Source: Clostridia bacterium (lineage in GTDB: Bacteria; Bacillota; Clostridia; Oscillospirales; CAG-272). From it: 51,478 nt of DNA. Positions 28,281-36,930 of the stretch are shown here, in pieces (the first letter of the stretch is position 1; the number at the start of each line of letters is the position of its first letter). The position numbers and the translations under genes were made by a program. The stretch lies in the NCBI GenBank assembly GCA_017623255.1, contig JAGAPL010000032.1:1-51478 (forward strand), in the 5' to 3' direction. Under the pieces are notes generated by a model. That model saw nothing but the letters and a program-made list of their open reading frames with translations, was not told the DNA's origin and searched no databases.

Positions 28281-30170
28281 ATGCTTATAAAAATGGCCGA
28301 TCAGTTTTCGGCAAAATCAGAAATCACTATAGAAAAGCATTGCGGCGAAAAGGACGTAACCCTTTTTGGCGCCTTTTCTGAGGCGGAAAAGATCAGGTGG
28401 ACATCTCACTGCGACAGAAGCAGCGGAGTCACAGCCGTAACTATGCGTCTTCACCAGGACGGAAAGCCCGATATGGATATGGATCTCAGCTGGATCGAGA
28501 ATGGAACATATGAGCTTGAACTTGATATGTCGCAGATCGGCGTGGGACTTTATTACTACACCTTCATATTCCATCGCGGTTTTGACGTTCTTTATGCCTG
28601 CGCATATGATAACGTTCATTTCAATCTTGATAAGCGCCCCGGAAAATTCTTTATGCTGACAGTGTATGATAAGGATTTTGACACACCTAAGTGGTTTCGC
28701 GGCGGCACGATGTATCAGATATTCCCTGATAGATTCTATAAGAGCGGAAAAGCAAAGCAGGATAGAGTTGACGCGGTTTACGAAAGCGATTGGTCAGCTC
28801 CTATTTCCCAGTATAGCCTTTATCCCGGCGCTCCCCTGGAAAATAACCTTTTCTACGGCGGAGATCTTTGGGGAGTGGCTGAAAAGCTGCCCTATCTTCA
28901 CGAAATGGGCGTAACCATTATATATCTCAATCCCATATTCAAAGCATATTCAAACCATAGATACGATACGGGCGATTACAACCGCGTGGACGAGTGCCTC
29001 GGCGGTGATGAAGCTCTTGATAACCTTATCCGAGAAGCTGAAAAGTACGGTATAAAGCTTGTTCTTGACGGAGTATTCAATCACACGGGCGATGATAGTA
29101 TCTATTTCAACAGAAAAGGCAAATATGACAGCCTCGGCGCTTGGCAGAGCAAGGAGTCTCCCTATCGCGATTGGTATTGCTTCAAGCCCGACGGTAAATA
29201 CGACAGCTGGTGGGGAATTGAAATTCTGCCCCGTCTCAATCATAATAATGAGGAGTGCAGAAGATTTTTCACCTCTGACGACGGTATTTGCGCTAAATAC
29301 GTAAATAAAAACATCGGCGGTTGGCGACTTGACGTTGCTGACGAGCTTTGCGATATTTTCCTTGACGAGCTGAGAGTTGCAGTTAAAAAAGCAAATCCCG
29401 ATGCGATAATTATCGGCGAAGTTTGGGAAAATGCAGCAGATAAGGTGGCGTACGGAAACCGCAGAAAATACGTTCAGGGCGGTCAGCTTGACAGCGTTAT
29501 GAACTATCCCTTCAGAACCTCCGTTATGAACTATGTTCTCAGCGGAAATTCTGCCGACCTTGCCAACACTCTCACAACTCTTTATGCTTCTTATCCTAAA
29601 TGCGTCAGCGATAGCCTTATGAATATCGTCGGCACACATGATACGGACAGAATACTGACCGAGTTGGGTGACCAGTCTCATAAATCTCTGGGTCTTTCCA
29701 ACAGCGAGCTTTCCGTTCGTAAAATGAGTCCCGAAAACAGAGCAAGAGCAATAAAACTGCTTAAGATCGCGTCCATAATTCAGTATACGGTGTATGGCGT
29801 GCCCTCCGTTTATTACGGAGATGAAGCAGGCGTTGAAGGTTATCACGATCCCTTCTGCCGCGCAACTTTCCCCTGGGGCAATGAAGAAACAGAGCTTGTT
29901 GAACACTATAGACGCCTTGGCACTATGCGTAAACGTGAAAAAGTGCTTGAGGACGGTCTTTTTAAAGTCATAAGATATAATCGCGGATTTATTATGTTTG
30001 AACGCGGCGAGGGCGATGAAAAGCTGATAGTCGCTGCAAACGTCAATAAAACTAACGCAAATTGCGGAATCGTGGGCAGAAACGTGCTCACAGGCGAGTA
30101 TTTCAATGGAACTCTCGCCCCCGAATCCGCAGTGATTATCAAATCTTTTGATATGAATGAGGATAGATAA
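28281..30170 (+). CDS. GH13 alpha-amylase-family enzyme (neopullulanase/cyclomaltodextrinase-like)
   Basis: 629 aa. GH13 regions I-IV: DGVFNHTGDD, GWRLDVADE, IGEVWE, VGTHDTDR. The start could also be ATG 28293. Confidence 0.85.
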   Translation: MLIKMADQFSAKSEITIEKHCGEKDVTLFGAFSEAEKIRWTSHCDRSSGVTAVTMRLHQDGKPDMDMDLSWIENGTYELELDMSQIGVGLYYYTFIFHRGFDVLYACAYDNVHFNLDKRPGKFFMLTVYDKDFDTPKWFRGGTMYQIFPDRFYKSGKAKQDRVDAVYESDWSAPISQYSLYPGAPLENNLFYGGDLWGVAEKLPYLHEMGVTIIYLNPIFKAYSNHRYDTGDYNRVDECLGGDEALDNLIREAEKYGIKLVLDGVFNHTGDDSIYFNRKGKYDSLGAWQSKESPYRDWYCFKPDGKYDSWWGIEILPRLNHNNEECRRFFTSDDGICAKYVNKNIGGWRLDVADELCDIFLDELRVAVKKANPDAIIIGEVWENAADKVAYGNRRKYVQGGQLDSVMNYPFRTSVMNYVLSGNSADLANTLTTLYASYPKCVSDSLMNIVGTHDTDRILTELGDQSHKSLGLSNSELSVRKMSPENRARAIKLLKIASIIQYTVYGVPSVYYGDEAGVEGYHDPFCRATFPWGNEETELVEHYRRLGTMRKREKVLEDGLFKVIRYNRGFIMFERGEGDEKLIVAANVNKTNANCGIVGRNVLTGEYFNGTLAPESAVIIKSFDMNEDR

Positions 30171-30405
30171 ATAAGGTGGATCGTAGTTTATAAAAATACT
30201 TGGGAGGGACCTTTTAAGGAAAGGTCTCCTCCCAAACCCACCCCCAAACCTCTTTGTAAAAGATCCCCTTCCAACCCCACTTGTGTGGGGGTGGAAGGGG
30301 ATTTTCTGCGAAAAGGTTTTGAAGGGGGTTCGGGGGAGAACTTTTCCTCAAAAAGTTTCCCCCGAATATTTCTACCAACAACAGTCCATCTTATTTATTT
30401 ATCCC
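30161..30405. repeat. Palindromic element family R1, copy 2
   Basis: The core 30203-30369 differs from 15342-15509 at about 7 positions. The outer arms GGATAGATAAATAAGGTGGA (30161-30180) and TCCATCTTATTTATTTATCC (30385-30404) are inverted repeats of each other (18/20). The left arm contains the GH13 stop codon. Confidence 0.85.
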
Positions 30406-30428
30406 AAACAATTTAGACTCGAATTATG

Positions 30429-30457
30429 TTGACAATGGGAAGTAAAAAATATATAAT
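30429..30457 (+). promoter_or_regulatory. Sigma-A-type promoter for soj-spo0J
   Basis: TTGACA (30429-30434), 17-nt spacer, TATAAT (30452-30457). Confidence 0.65.
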
Positions 30458-30489
30458 CAATATGAGAAATTGTATATGGAGGTATTCCA

Positions 30490-31260
30490 TTGTCGAAACC
30501 TATTATAATATCATTCGCAAACCAGAAGGGTGGAGTTGGAAAGACCACTTCGGCCGTGAATGTTGCGGCGTGTGTTGCGGCGCTTGGCTACAGAGTGCTT
30601 CTTTGTGACCTTGACCCTCAGGGCAACAGCACAAGCGGAGTTGGTGTAAACAAAAAGGGATTGCGTTATTCTATGTACGGCGCGCTGCTCGGATATTACG
30701 ATTCCCGCCTTTCCGTTATAAAAACTGAATATTCCAATTTATCTATAATTCCTGCAACCATTGAGCTTGCGGGCGCAGAAATAGAGCTTCTTGAAATGGA
30801 GCACAGAGAGAGCGCGCTGAAGAGAGTGCTTGAGCCTCTTTATGATGATTATGATTTCATTTTCACCGACTGTCCTCCTTCCCTTGGAATGCTCACGGTC
30901 AATGCGCTTTCCTGCTCTGACGGGGTTATAATTCCTATGCAGTGCGAGTATTATTCCCTTGAAGGTCTTTCACAGCTGATGTTTTCCATCAAGAAGGTAA
31001 AGCAGCTTTATAATAAAACCCTCACCGTAACAGGTATACTTGTAACAATGTATAACGGCAGACTCAATCTTTCCGCGCAGGTTATGGAAGAATTGAAAAA
31101 ATATTACAGCGACAAGCTTTTCAAGACATCTATCACAAGAAGTGTTAAACTGTCAGAGGCACCCAGCTTCGGCGAGCCCATTTATTATCACGATAAATAT
31201 TCCAAGGGTTCTCTTGCATATATGAATGTGGCAAAAGAGCTTGTTGAAAGAGTAATGTAA
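30490..31260 (+). CDS. soj: ParA/Soj chromosome-partitioning ATPase
   Basis: 256 aa. TTG start with GGAGG RBS. Deviant Walker A NQKGGVGKTT. Confidence 0.93.
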   Translation: MSKPIIISFANQKGGVGKTTSAVNVAACVAALGYRVLLCDLDPQGNSTSGVGVNKKGLRYSMYGALLGYYDSRLSVIKTEYSNLSIIPATIELAGAEIELLEMEHRESALKRVLEPLYDDYDFIFTDCPPSLGMLTVNALSCSDGVIIPMQCEYYSLEGLSQLMFSIKKVKQLYNKTLTVTGILVTMYNGRLNLSAQVMEELKKYYSDKLFKTSITRSVKLSEAPSFGEPIYYHDKYSKGSLAYMNVAKELVERVM

Positions 31261-31271
31261 GGGGGAGAATT

Positions 31272-32141
31272 ATGGCAAAGAAAACAGGTCTTGGACGCGG
31301 TCTTGATTTTATATTTGACGATAATTCCATCGAGAGCGACGGCAGCGGCGTAACGAGCCTTCGCATATCCGATGTTGAACCCAAAAGTGATCAGCCCCGA
31401 AAGAATTTTGATAACGAAGCGCTTTCGCAGCTTGCCGATTCAATTGCGGCAAACGGAGTGCTTCAGCCCATTCTTGTTCGAGAGGTTGGCAGCGGATTTT
31501 ATCAGATAATCGCAGGCGAGCGCAGATGGAGAGCATCAAAGCTTGCAGGCCTCACTGAGATCCCCGCTATCGTTATGGAAGCGGACGATCTGAAAACGGC
31601 ACAGATAGCACTTATCGAAAATATCCAGAGAGAAGACCTTAACGCTTATGAAGAAGCGAAAGCGTACAGAGCTTTGATAGATCAGTTCGAGCTCACTCAG
31701 GAAGAGGTTGCAGGCCGCCTTGGCAAGAGCAGAAGCTCTATTGCAAACTCGCTGAGATTGCTTGATCTTCCCGAAGAAATTTCCGATCTTTTACAAGGTG
31801 ATAAGCTGAGCGCAGGTCATTGTAAAGCGCTGCTGGGCCTTCGTGACCGTTCAAAGCTGAGAGCTCTTGCAGAGAAGATCATAAATAACAATCTTTCCGT
31901 TCGCGAGGCGGAGGCTCTTGTGCGCAAGGCTAACAAGCCTGAAAAGAATGAAAACGAGATAGAGCCTTTGAAGGTTGATTATGTTGCCGAGCTTGAAAAG
32001 AAGGTAACGGGACTCACAGGCAGATATTGCAAGATCCAGACCAAAGGCCAGAGAAAAACCGTTTCTATTGAATACGGCGGCGATGGCGATCTTGAAAAAT
32101 TGCTTTCCATCCTCTGCGGTAAGGATATAACTGCGGAGTAA
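31272..32141 (+). CDS. spo0J: ParB/Spo0J
   Basis: 289 aa. ParB boxes GERRWRAS and LIENIQREDLN. Confidence 0.93.
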   Translation: MAKKTGLGRGLDFIFDDNSIESDGSGVTSLRISDVEPKSDQPRKNFDNEALSQLADSIAANGVLQPILVREVGSGFYQIIAGERRWRASKLAGLTEIPAIVMEADDLKTAQIALIENIQREDLNAYEEAKAYRALIDQFELTQEEVAGRLGKSRSSIANSLRLLDLPEEISDLLQGDKLSAGHCKALLGLRDRSKLRALAEKIINNNLSVREAEALVRKANKPEKNENEIEPLKVDYVAELEKKVTGLTGRYCKIQTKGQRKTVSIEYGGDGDLEKLLSILCGKDITAE

Positions 32142-32153
32142 ACAAAAACAAAA

Positions 32154-32320
32154 CTTTCTCCAGCGGAGAAGGTGGCCCGCGCCACGCAGTGGAAGGGTCG
32201 GATGAGGAGATTATTCATAATTTATAGTGTAATTAATAAAGCACCGCAGCGGTGATTGAGAATAGGTTAATTGTTCTCCTCATCCACCGCAAGCGGTCCC
32301 CCTTCCCCGCTGGGGAAGGT
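32154..32320. repeat. GC-rich multi-hairpin imperfect palindrome between spo0J and serS (family R4)
   Basis: Hairpins are TTCTCC-AGC-GGAGAA, GTGGC-CCGC-GCCAC, CACCGC-A-GCGGTG, ACCGC-AA-GCGGT and CCTTCCCC-GCT-GGGGAAGG. An 11-bp long-range stem joins GGATGAGGAGA (32200-32210) and TCTCCTCATCC (32275-32285). Confidence 0.7.
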
Positions 32321-32345
32321 AAAAAAGAATAAGGAGTAAACCAAA

Positions 32346-33635
32346 ATGTTAGATATTAAGCTTATTAGAGAAAATACAGAAGATGTAATTGCCCGCCTTG
32401 CAGCTAAGGGCAAGGAAGCAAGAAGCGAGGTTGAACGCATTGTTGAGCTTGATGCTCAGCGCCGCGCCATGATCTCTGAAAACGAAGCTAAAAAGGCAGA
32501 GCAGAATAAGGTAAATAAGGATATTCCCCGTCTTAAGAAAGAGGGCGCTGACGTTGCTCCCGTTTTCGCAAAGATGAAGGAGCTTGCAGCAGATATCAAG
32601 GCAAACGATGCCCGCATTGCTGAAATTGAAACAGAATATAACGAGCTCATGCTTGGTCTTCCCAACCTTCCCGATGCAGACCTTAAGCCCGGCGGAAAGG
32701 AAAACAACGAGCCTATCCGCTATTTCGGCGAACCCCATATCTTTGATTTTGAGCCTAAGAACCACGTTGATATTTGTACAGACCTTGGTCTTATCGACTA
32801 TAAGAGAGGCACAAAGCTCTCCGGTAACGGCTTCTGGATCTATCGCGGAATGGGCGCGCGTCTTGAATGGGCGCTTCTTAACTACTTTATTGATACTCAC
32901 CTTGCTGACGGATACGAGCTTGTTCTCGTTCCCCATATGCTTGGCTACGAGTGCGGACAGACAGCAGGTCAGTTCCCCAAGTTTAAAGACGAAGTTTATT
33001 GGCTTGAAAGAGAAAAGGAAGACGAGCGCCGTCTCTTTATGCTTCCCACAGCTGAAACAGCTCTCGTTTCTCTCCATCGCGATGAAATTCTCACAGAGGC
33101 AGACCTGCCCCGTAAGTATATTTCCTACACACCTTGCTTCCGCCGCGAAGCAGGCTCCTACCGCGCTGATGAAAGAGGTATGGTAAGAGGACACCAGTTC
33201 AATAAGGTTGAAATGGTTCAGTATACAAAGCCTGAAGATTCCGATGCAGCTTTTGAAGAGCTTGTAGGCAAGGCAGAAGCTCTTGTTAAGGGCCTCGGCT
33301 TCCACTTCAGAACGGTTAAGCTTGCAGCTGCAGACTGCTCTGCATCTATGGCAAGAACTTATGACGTTGAGATCCATATTCCTTCTATGGACGGATATAA
33401 GGAAGTTTCTTCCGTTTCCAACGCTCGTGACTATCAGGCGCGCCGCGGTTCCGTCCGTTTCAAGAGAGACGGCTCCAATAAAACAGAGTTTGTTCACACA
33501 CTCAACGGTTCCGGCCTTGCAACAAGCCGTATCCTTCCTGCAATCGTTGAACAGAACCAGAATGCTGACGGCAGCGTAAACGTTCCCGATGTTCTCCGCA
33601 AGTATCTTGGCGTTGACGTTCTTCGCCGCGACTGA
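32346..33635 (+). CDS. serS: Seryl-tRNA synthetase
   Basis: 429 aa. N-terminal coiled-coil arm, class II motifs TPCFRREAGS and NGSGLATSR. Confidence 0.96.
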   Translation: MLDIKLIRENTEDVIARLAAKGKEARSEVERIVELDAQRRAMISENEAKKAEQNKVNKDIPRLKKEGADVAPVFAKMKELAADIKANDARIAEIETEYNELMLGLPNLPDADLKPGGKENNEPIRYFGEPHIFDFEPKNHVDICTDLGLIDYKRGTKLSGNGFWIYRGMGARLEWALLNYFIDTHLADGYELVLVPHMLGYECGQTAGQFPKFKDEVYWLEREKEDERRLFMLPTAETALVSLHRDEILTEADLPRKYISYTPCFRREAGSYRADERGMVRGHQFNKVEMVQYTKPEDSDAAFEELVGKAEALVKGLGFHFRTVKLAAADCSASMARTYDVEIHIPSMDGYKEVSSVSNARDYQARRGSVRFKRDGSNKTEFVHTLNGSGLATSRILPAIVEQNQNADGSVNVPDVLRKYLGVDVLRRD

Positions 33636-33640
33636 GTGAA

Positions 33641-34219
33641 ATGACAGTAACTCTTGCAGCATTCTACGAGAATTTCACCTTTGATAATCCCGTAACAACT
33701 CTCCCCATAATAATCTGGGGGCTTTTTGCAGGCTTCGTCATTGCAGGAATTCTTTCGTACTATAATAAAACTTATCTTGGCGCAGTTGTTCGCTCCCTTG
33801 TTAAAAAGGGAGCAAACTGCCCTGAAAATGCGCTGACGTTGCATGAAGCAGGCGTCAGAGCAGATGCTTTGCGTTGCCGCGCAGTTTGCGGCGACAGCGC
33901 GCTCATCAAATATGTAAAGATCGCAAATCCTGAGGAATGTGAAATAAAGGGCGGAAAGGATTCAGCCTTTGTTCGCGGACTTTGCCGCTTTTTCAGCATC
34001 GAAAGAAAGAAAAAGTATGATGCAAAAAAAGCAAAGCTCTATGTTCTTGAGGAAAAGCGTATTCAGGCAGAGATCAGATATACGGATAAGGGAACGTCTC
34101 TTGCGCAGGTTGCAATAGGTATAGTTGCAGCGTTTGTTGTTGCAGTTGTGGCTATAAGATGCATTCCCTATATTCTTGAATTGGTTGACTCTGTTATCAC
34201 TATGTATAAAAACCTGTAA
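33641..34219 (+). CDS. Hypothetical membrane protein (TM segments at both ends)
   Basis: 192 aa, starting 6 nt after the serS stop. Hydrophobic segments are LPIIIWGLFAGFVIAGIL and VAIGIVAAFVVAVVAI. No family recognised. Confidence 0.5.
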   Translation: MTVTLAAFYENFTFDNPVTTLPIIIWGLFAGFVIAGILSYYNKTYLGAVVRSLVKKGANCPENALTLHEAGVRADALRCRAVCGDSALIKYVKIANPEECEIKGGKDSAFVRGLCRFFSIERKKKYDAKKAKLYVLEEKRIQAEIRYTDKGTSLAQVAIGIVAAFVVAVVAIRCIPYILELVDSVITMYKNL

Positions 34220-34246
34220 AAACCAAAAGAAAGGAACGTCATAGAA

Positions 34247-35116
34247 GTGAGCGAAAAGAAATCACCCAAAAAGAGAAAACTTAAAAGCGGCTTCAGCGGC
34301 AGAACCAATATTATTGTGATAGCGGTCTGTATGGTGGCGGCAATTGCGCTTGTTGTGGGCGTTCTGTATCTTGCAGGCTTCAGATATACAAAATATAATT
34401 TTAAAGACGGATATTCCGTAACATTCGTTGGTAAGGTAGATTTCGAAGGCCAACCCAAAAGCGGAAGAATGACATTCAGCGGAAAGGGAAATGCCAAGGA
34501 CGGCCTTTCTGCTTCCGTCAACACGGAAACAGGCGTTATAGAGTATTCCAACGGGGATAAATACGAGGGCGAAACGAAAGACCTTGTGCGCCATGGAAAA
34601 GGCAAGCTGACTTTTGCTGACGGCAGAGTTTATGAAGGTGAATTCGTTGCCGATGAAGCAACAGGCGAAGGCAAGCTCACATTCCCCAACGGAGACGTTT
34701 ATGAGGGCTCTTTTAATAAAGGACTTAAAGACGGCTTCGGGAAATATACTATGAGTGACGGCTCATATTATGAGGGTACGTTTGTTGCTGACAAAAGAGA
34801 GGGCGAGGGCAAGCTGCAGTGGGCAGACGGCTCTTCATATACCGGGACCTTTGTGGGCGACAAAAAGCACGGCGAGGGCGTGTTTATTTATGCCGACGGT
34901 GACAAATATGAGGGCAGCTTTGAAAATGACGTCCGTCATGGAAAAGGCACTTATATCTGGGCAAGCGGCGAAAATTATACAGGCGAATTCAAAAACAACA
35001 CTATGTGGGGCGTAGGCACATATCAGTGGGCCGACGGAAGAATATACAAAGACGGATATTTTGAAGACGGTATTATGGTCCGCACAGACGAAGATATATC
35101 TGTTCCAAACGAATAA
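34247..35116 (+). CDS. MORN-repeat protein with N-terminal membrane anchor
   Basis: 289 aa, GTG start. It contains about 9 tandem YxGxxxxxxxxGxG MORN units, for example YEGEFVADEATGEGKLTFPNGDVYEGSF. Confidence 0.8.
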   Translation: MSEKKSPKKRKLKSGFSGRTNIIVIAVCMVAAIALVVGVLYLAGFRYTKYNFKDGYSVTFVGKVDFEGQPKSGRMTFSGKGNAKDGLSASVNTETGVIEYSNGDKYEGETKDLVRHGKGKLTFADGRVYEGEFVADEATGEGKLTFPNGDVYEGSFNKGLKDGFGKYTMSDGSYYEGTFVADKREGEGKLQWADGSSYTGTFVGDKKHGEGVFIYADGDKYEGSFENDVRHGKGTYIWASGENYTGEFKNNTMWGVGTYQWADGRIYKDGYFEDGIMVRTDEDISVPNE

Positions 35117-35227
35117 GATTCGTTTGGAGAGAAGAGATAAGGAAAAATCCGCAATCAGATTTTAGTTCTTATCTTTACCTTAAATTTAACCTTAGCCTTT
35201 TATTTTTGAAGGCAGGGGAGGCACGTT

Positions 35228-35953
35228 ATGAAATTTAAAATCGAATTGAACCGCGCAGAAATGGAAAAGTCTCTTGTGAAAGCGGCAGGCAAACTTCCTG
35301 AGAACGTTATCACTTTTGCTGACGAAGTAAAAAAGGATATAGATGCTATCTGCCAGAGAGACCCTGCGGTTAAAAGCCGAATGGAAGCAGCGCTTCTCTA
35401 TTCAGGTCTGCACGCTATCCTTGCTTACAGAGTTTCAAATAAATTCTATAAGAGAAAAATGTACACAACTGCCCGCTTTATTTCTCAGACAGCAAGATTT
35501 TTAACAGGCATTGAGATCCATCCCGGCGCAACTATCGGAGAGGGACTGTTTATCGACCACGGCAGCGGAGTTGTTATCGGTGAAACAACTATCATCGGAG
35601 ATAACTGCACGCTTTATCAGGGCGTAACTCTTGGCGGTACAGGTAAGGACACGGGCAAGCGTCACCCCACGCTTGGCAATAACGTTATGGTCGGCGCAGG
35701 TGCAAAGGTCCTTGGTAACTTCACAGTTGGTGACGGTGCAAAGATCGCGGCGGGCGCAGTAGTGCTTGGCCCCGTTCCCGAAAATGCAACGGCAGTTGGT
35801 ATCCCTGCCCACGTTGTAAGAGTAGCGGGCAAGAAAACAGGAGTGGATCTGGACCAGGTTCATATTCCCGACCCCGTTTCTCAGGATATTTGCGCAATTC
35901 AGCATAAAATGCGCGAGCTTGAAGCTAAGATCAAAGAGCTTGAAGCAAAGTAA
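35228..35953 (+). CDS. cysE: Serine O-acetyltransferase
   Basis: 241 aa. Hexapeptide-repeat core GATIGEGLFIDHGSGVVIGETTIIGDNCTLYQGVTLGG, with a short C-terminal coiled-coil tail. Confidence 0.9.
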   Translation: MKFKIELNRAEMEKSLVKAAGKLPENVITFADEVKKDIDAICQRDPAVKSRMEAALLYSGLHAILAYRVSNKFYKRKMYTTARFISQTARFLTGIEIHPGATIGEGLFIDHGSGVVIGETTIIGDNCTLYQGVTLGGTGKDTGKRHPTLGNNVMVGAGAKVLGNFTVGDGAKIAAGAVVLGPVPENATAVGIPAHVVRVAGKKTGVDLDQVHIPDPVSQDICAIQHKMRELEAKIKELEAK

Positions 35954-35964
35954 AGGAGAAAAGT

Positions 35965-36918
35965 ATGTACTGCAGATATTGCGGAAGTCCCCTGCAATTT
36001 GAAAATCAGCAATTTTGTTCAGTGTGCGGTGCCTCAGTAGCGCAGGAAAAAAAGCGCTCGTCAAAGGTTGGCGCAATTGCACTTGCGCTTCTTAAGTGTG
36101 CAGGCTTCTATGCTGTTTTTTATGCAGTTGTAGCCGTAGCGCAGACAGTGTATACGGCAGTGGTTTCAGGCTTGCTGGCAGGCGGAACCAATATTGTTGA
36201 CAGCGCAGGGTATATGGGGCTCAGTGATGCATTCTGGAACGTGTTTTCTGAAAACTATAGTTATGTGATGGTTTTTGCGTATGTAGCTCTTGCGGCAGTG
36301 TATTGGATAATTTACGTTGCAAGGAAAAAGAGCTTTGCAGGAGAAGTGGGCCTGAACAAAACTCAGTTTGCAGCACTTCCCGCTGCTTTCGGTTTTGGCG
36401 CTGCGCTTCAGGTTGTTGTTGTTTTTATCATCAGCTATATAAGCGTTGCCGTTCCCTCAATTGCAGAGGAAGCGGTCCAAAGCGAAAAGGTTTATGAATG
36501 TATGTTTGGCAATGCCTCAACCTTTTCAATGTATCTTGCAACGGCAGTTGCAACTCCCATTATAGAAGAACTGCTTTTCAGAGGACTTATTTACACAAGA
36601 ATGAAAAAAGCAATGCCTCAGATAGCGGCAATGCTGCTTTCAGCCATCTGGTTTGGCGTTGCCCACAGCGGCGGCATCCATCAGATCGTCTATGCAGCGG
36701 CGCTGGGTATTATAATGGTGCTGCTTTATGAAAAATATAATAGCCTGTGGCCGTGCATTTTCCTGCACGCAGGCTTTAATTCCACCAACTTCCTTTATGA
36801 CTATCTTGATATGAATGCTCCCGTTGTCAATTGGATGTTGTTGGCACTTTCTATAGGCTTTGTGCTTGTATTCGTAGTATATTTCTTTATGGCAAAGCCG
36901 ATATATGAGGAAGAATAA
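35965..36918 (+). CDS. CPBP (CAAX/Abi) intramembrane glutamic protease with N-terminal zinc ribbon
   Basis: 317 aa. The N-terminus is YCRYCG..CSVCG. CPBP motifs are EELLFRG, FGVAH and FLHAGFN. Confidence 0.8.
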   Translation: MYCRYCGSPLQFENQQFCSVCGASVAQEKKRSSKVGAIALALLKCAGFYAVFYAVVAVAQTVYTAVVSGLLAGGTNIVDSAGYMGLSDAFWNVFSENYSYVMVFAYVALAAVYWIIYVARKKSFAGEVGLNKTQFAALPAAFGFGAALQVVVVFIISYISVAVPSIAEEAVQSEKVYECMFGNASTFSMYLATAVATPIIEELLFRGLIYTRMKKAMPQIAAMLLSAIWFGVAHSGGIHQIVYAAALGIIMVLLYEKYNSLWPCIFLHAGFNSTNFLYDYLDMNAPVVNWMLLALSIGFVLVFVVYFFMAKPIYEEE

Positions 36919-36930
36919 GGAGAAGAATAA

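Noticed and set aside
30490-32141. parS site (TGTTNCACGTGAAACA) inside or near spo0J
   Set aside because: I scanned soj-spo0J and the flanking spacers by eye and found no 16-mer close to the consensus. A formal pattern search with 2 or fewer mismatches should confirm this.
32142-32345. T-box leader for serS (AAGGTGGCCCGCG resembles the T-box GGUGGNACCGCG)
   Set aside because: The motif sits at the 5' rather than the 3' end of the spacer. There is no Stem I or specifier architecture and no terminator with a U-tract before serS. The region is better described as a palindromic hairpin repeat.
32349-33662. 437-aa ORF antisense to serS. Similar long antisense ORFs occur opposite the ATP-grasp gene (40736-41998), glgP (26816-27979), GH13 (28950-29906), glgC (21729-22598), DUF4091 (14130-15251), GH2 (9380-10408), SBP2 (18370-19341) and nusA (42457-43395)
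   Set aside because: In every case the sense strand carries clear family motifs, and the antisense products are Cys/Phe/Val-rich with no recognisable domains. Their abundance is best explained by codon bias that depletes the complements of stop codons (TTA, CTA, TCA) in the frame read on the opposite strand.
35117-35227. T-box or other riboswitch upstream of cysE
   Set aside because: The spacer is only about 110 nt and no conserved T-box elements were seen. It contains only a weak long-loop hairpin.
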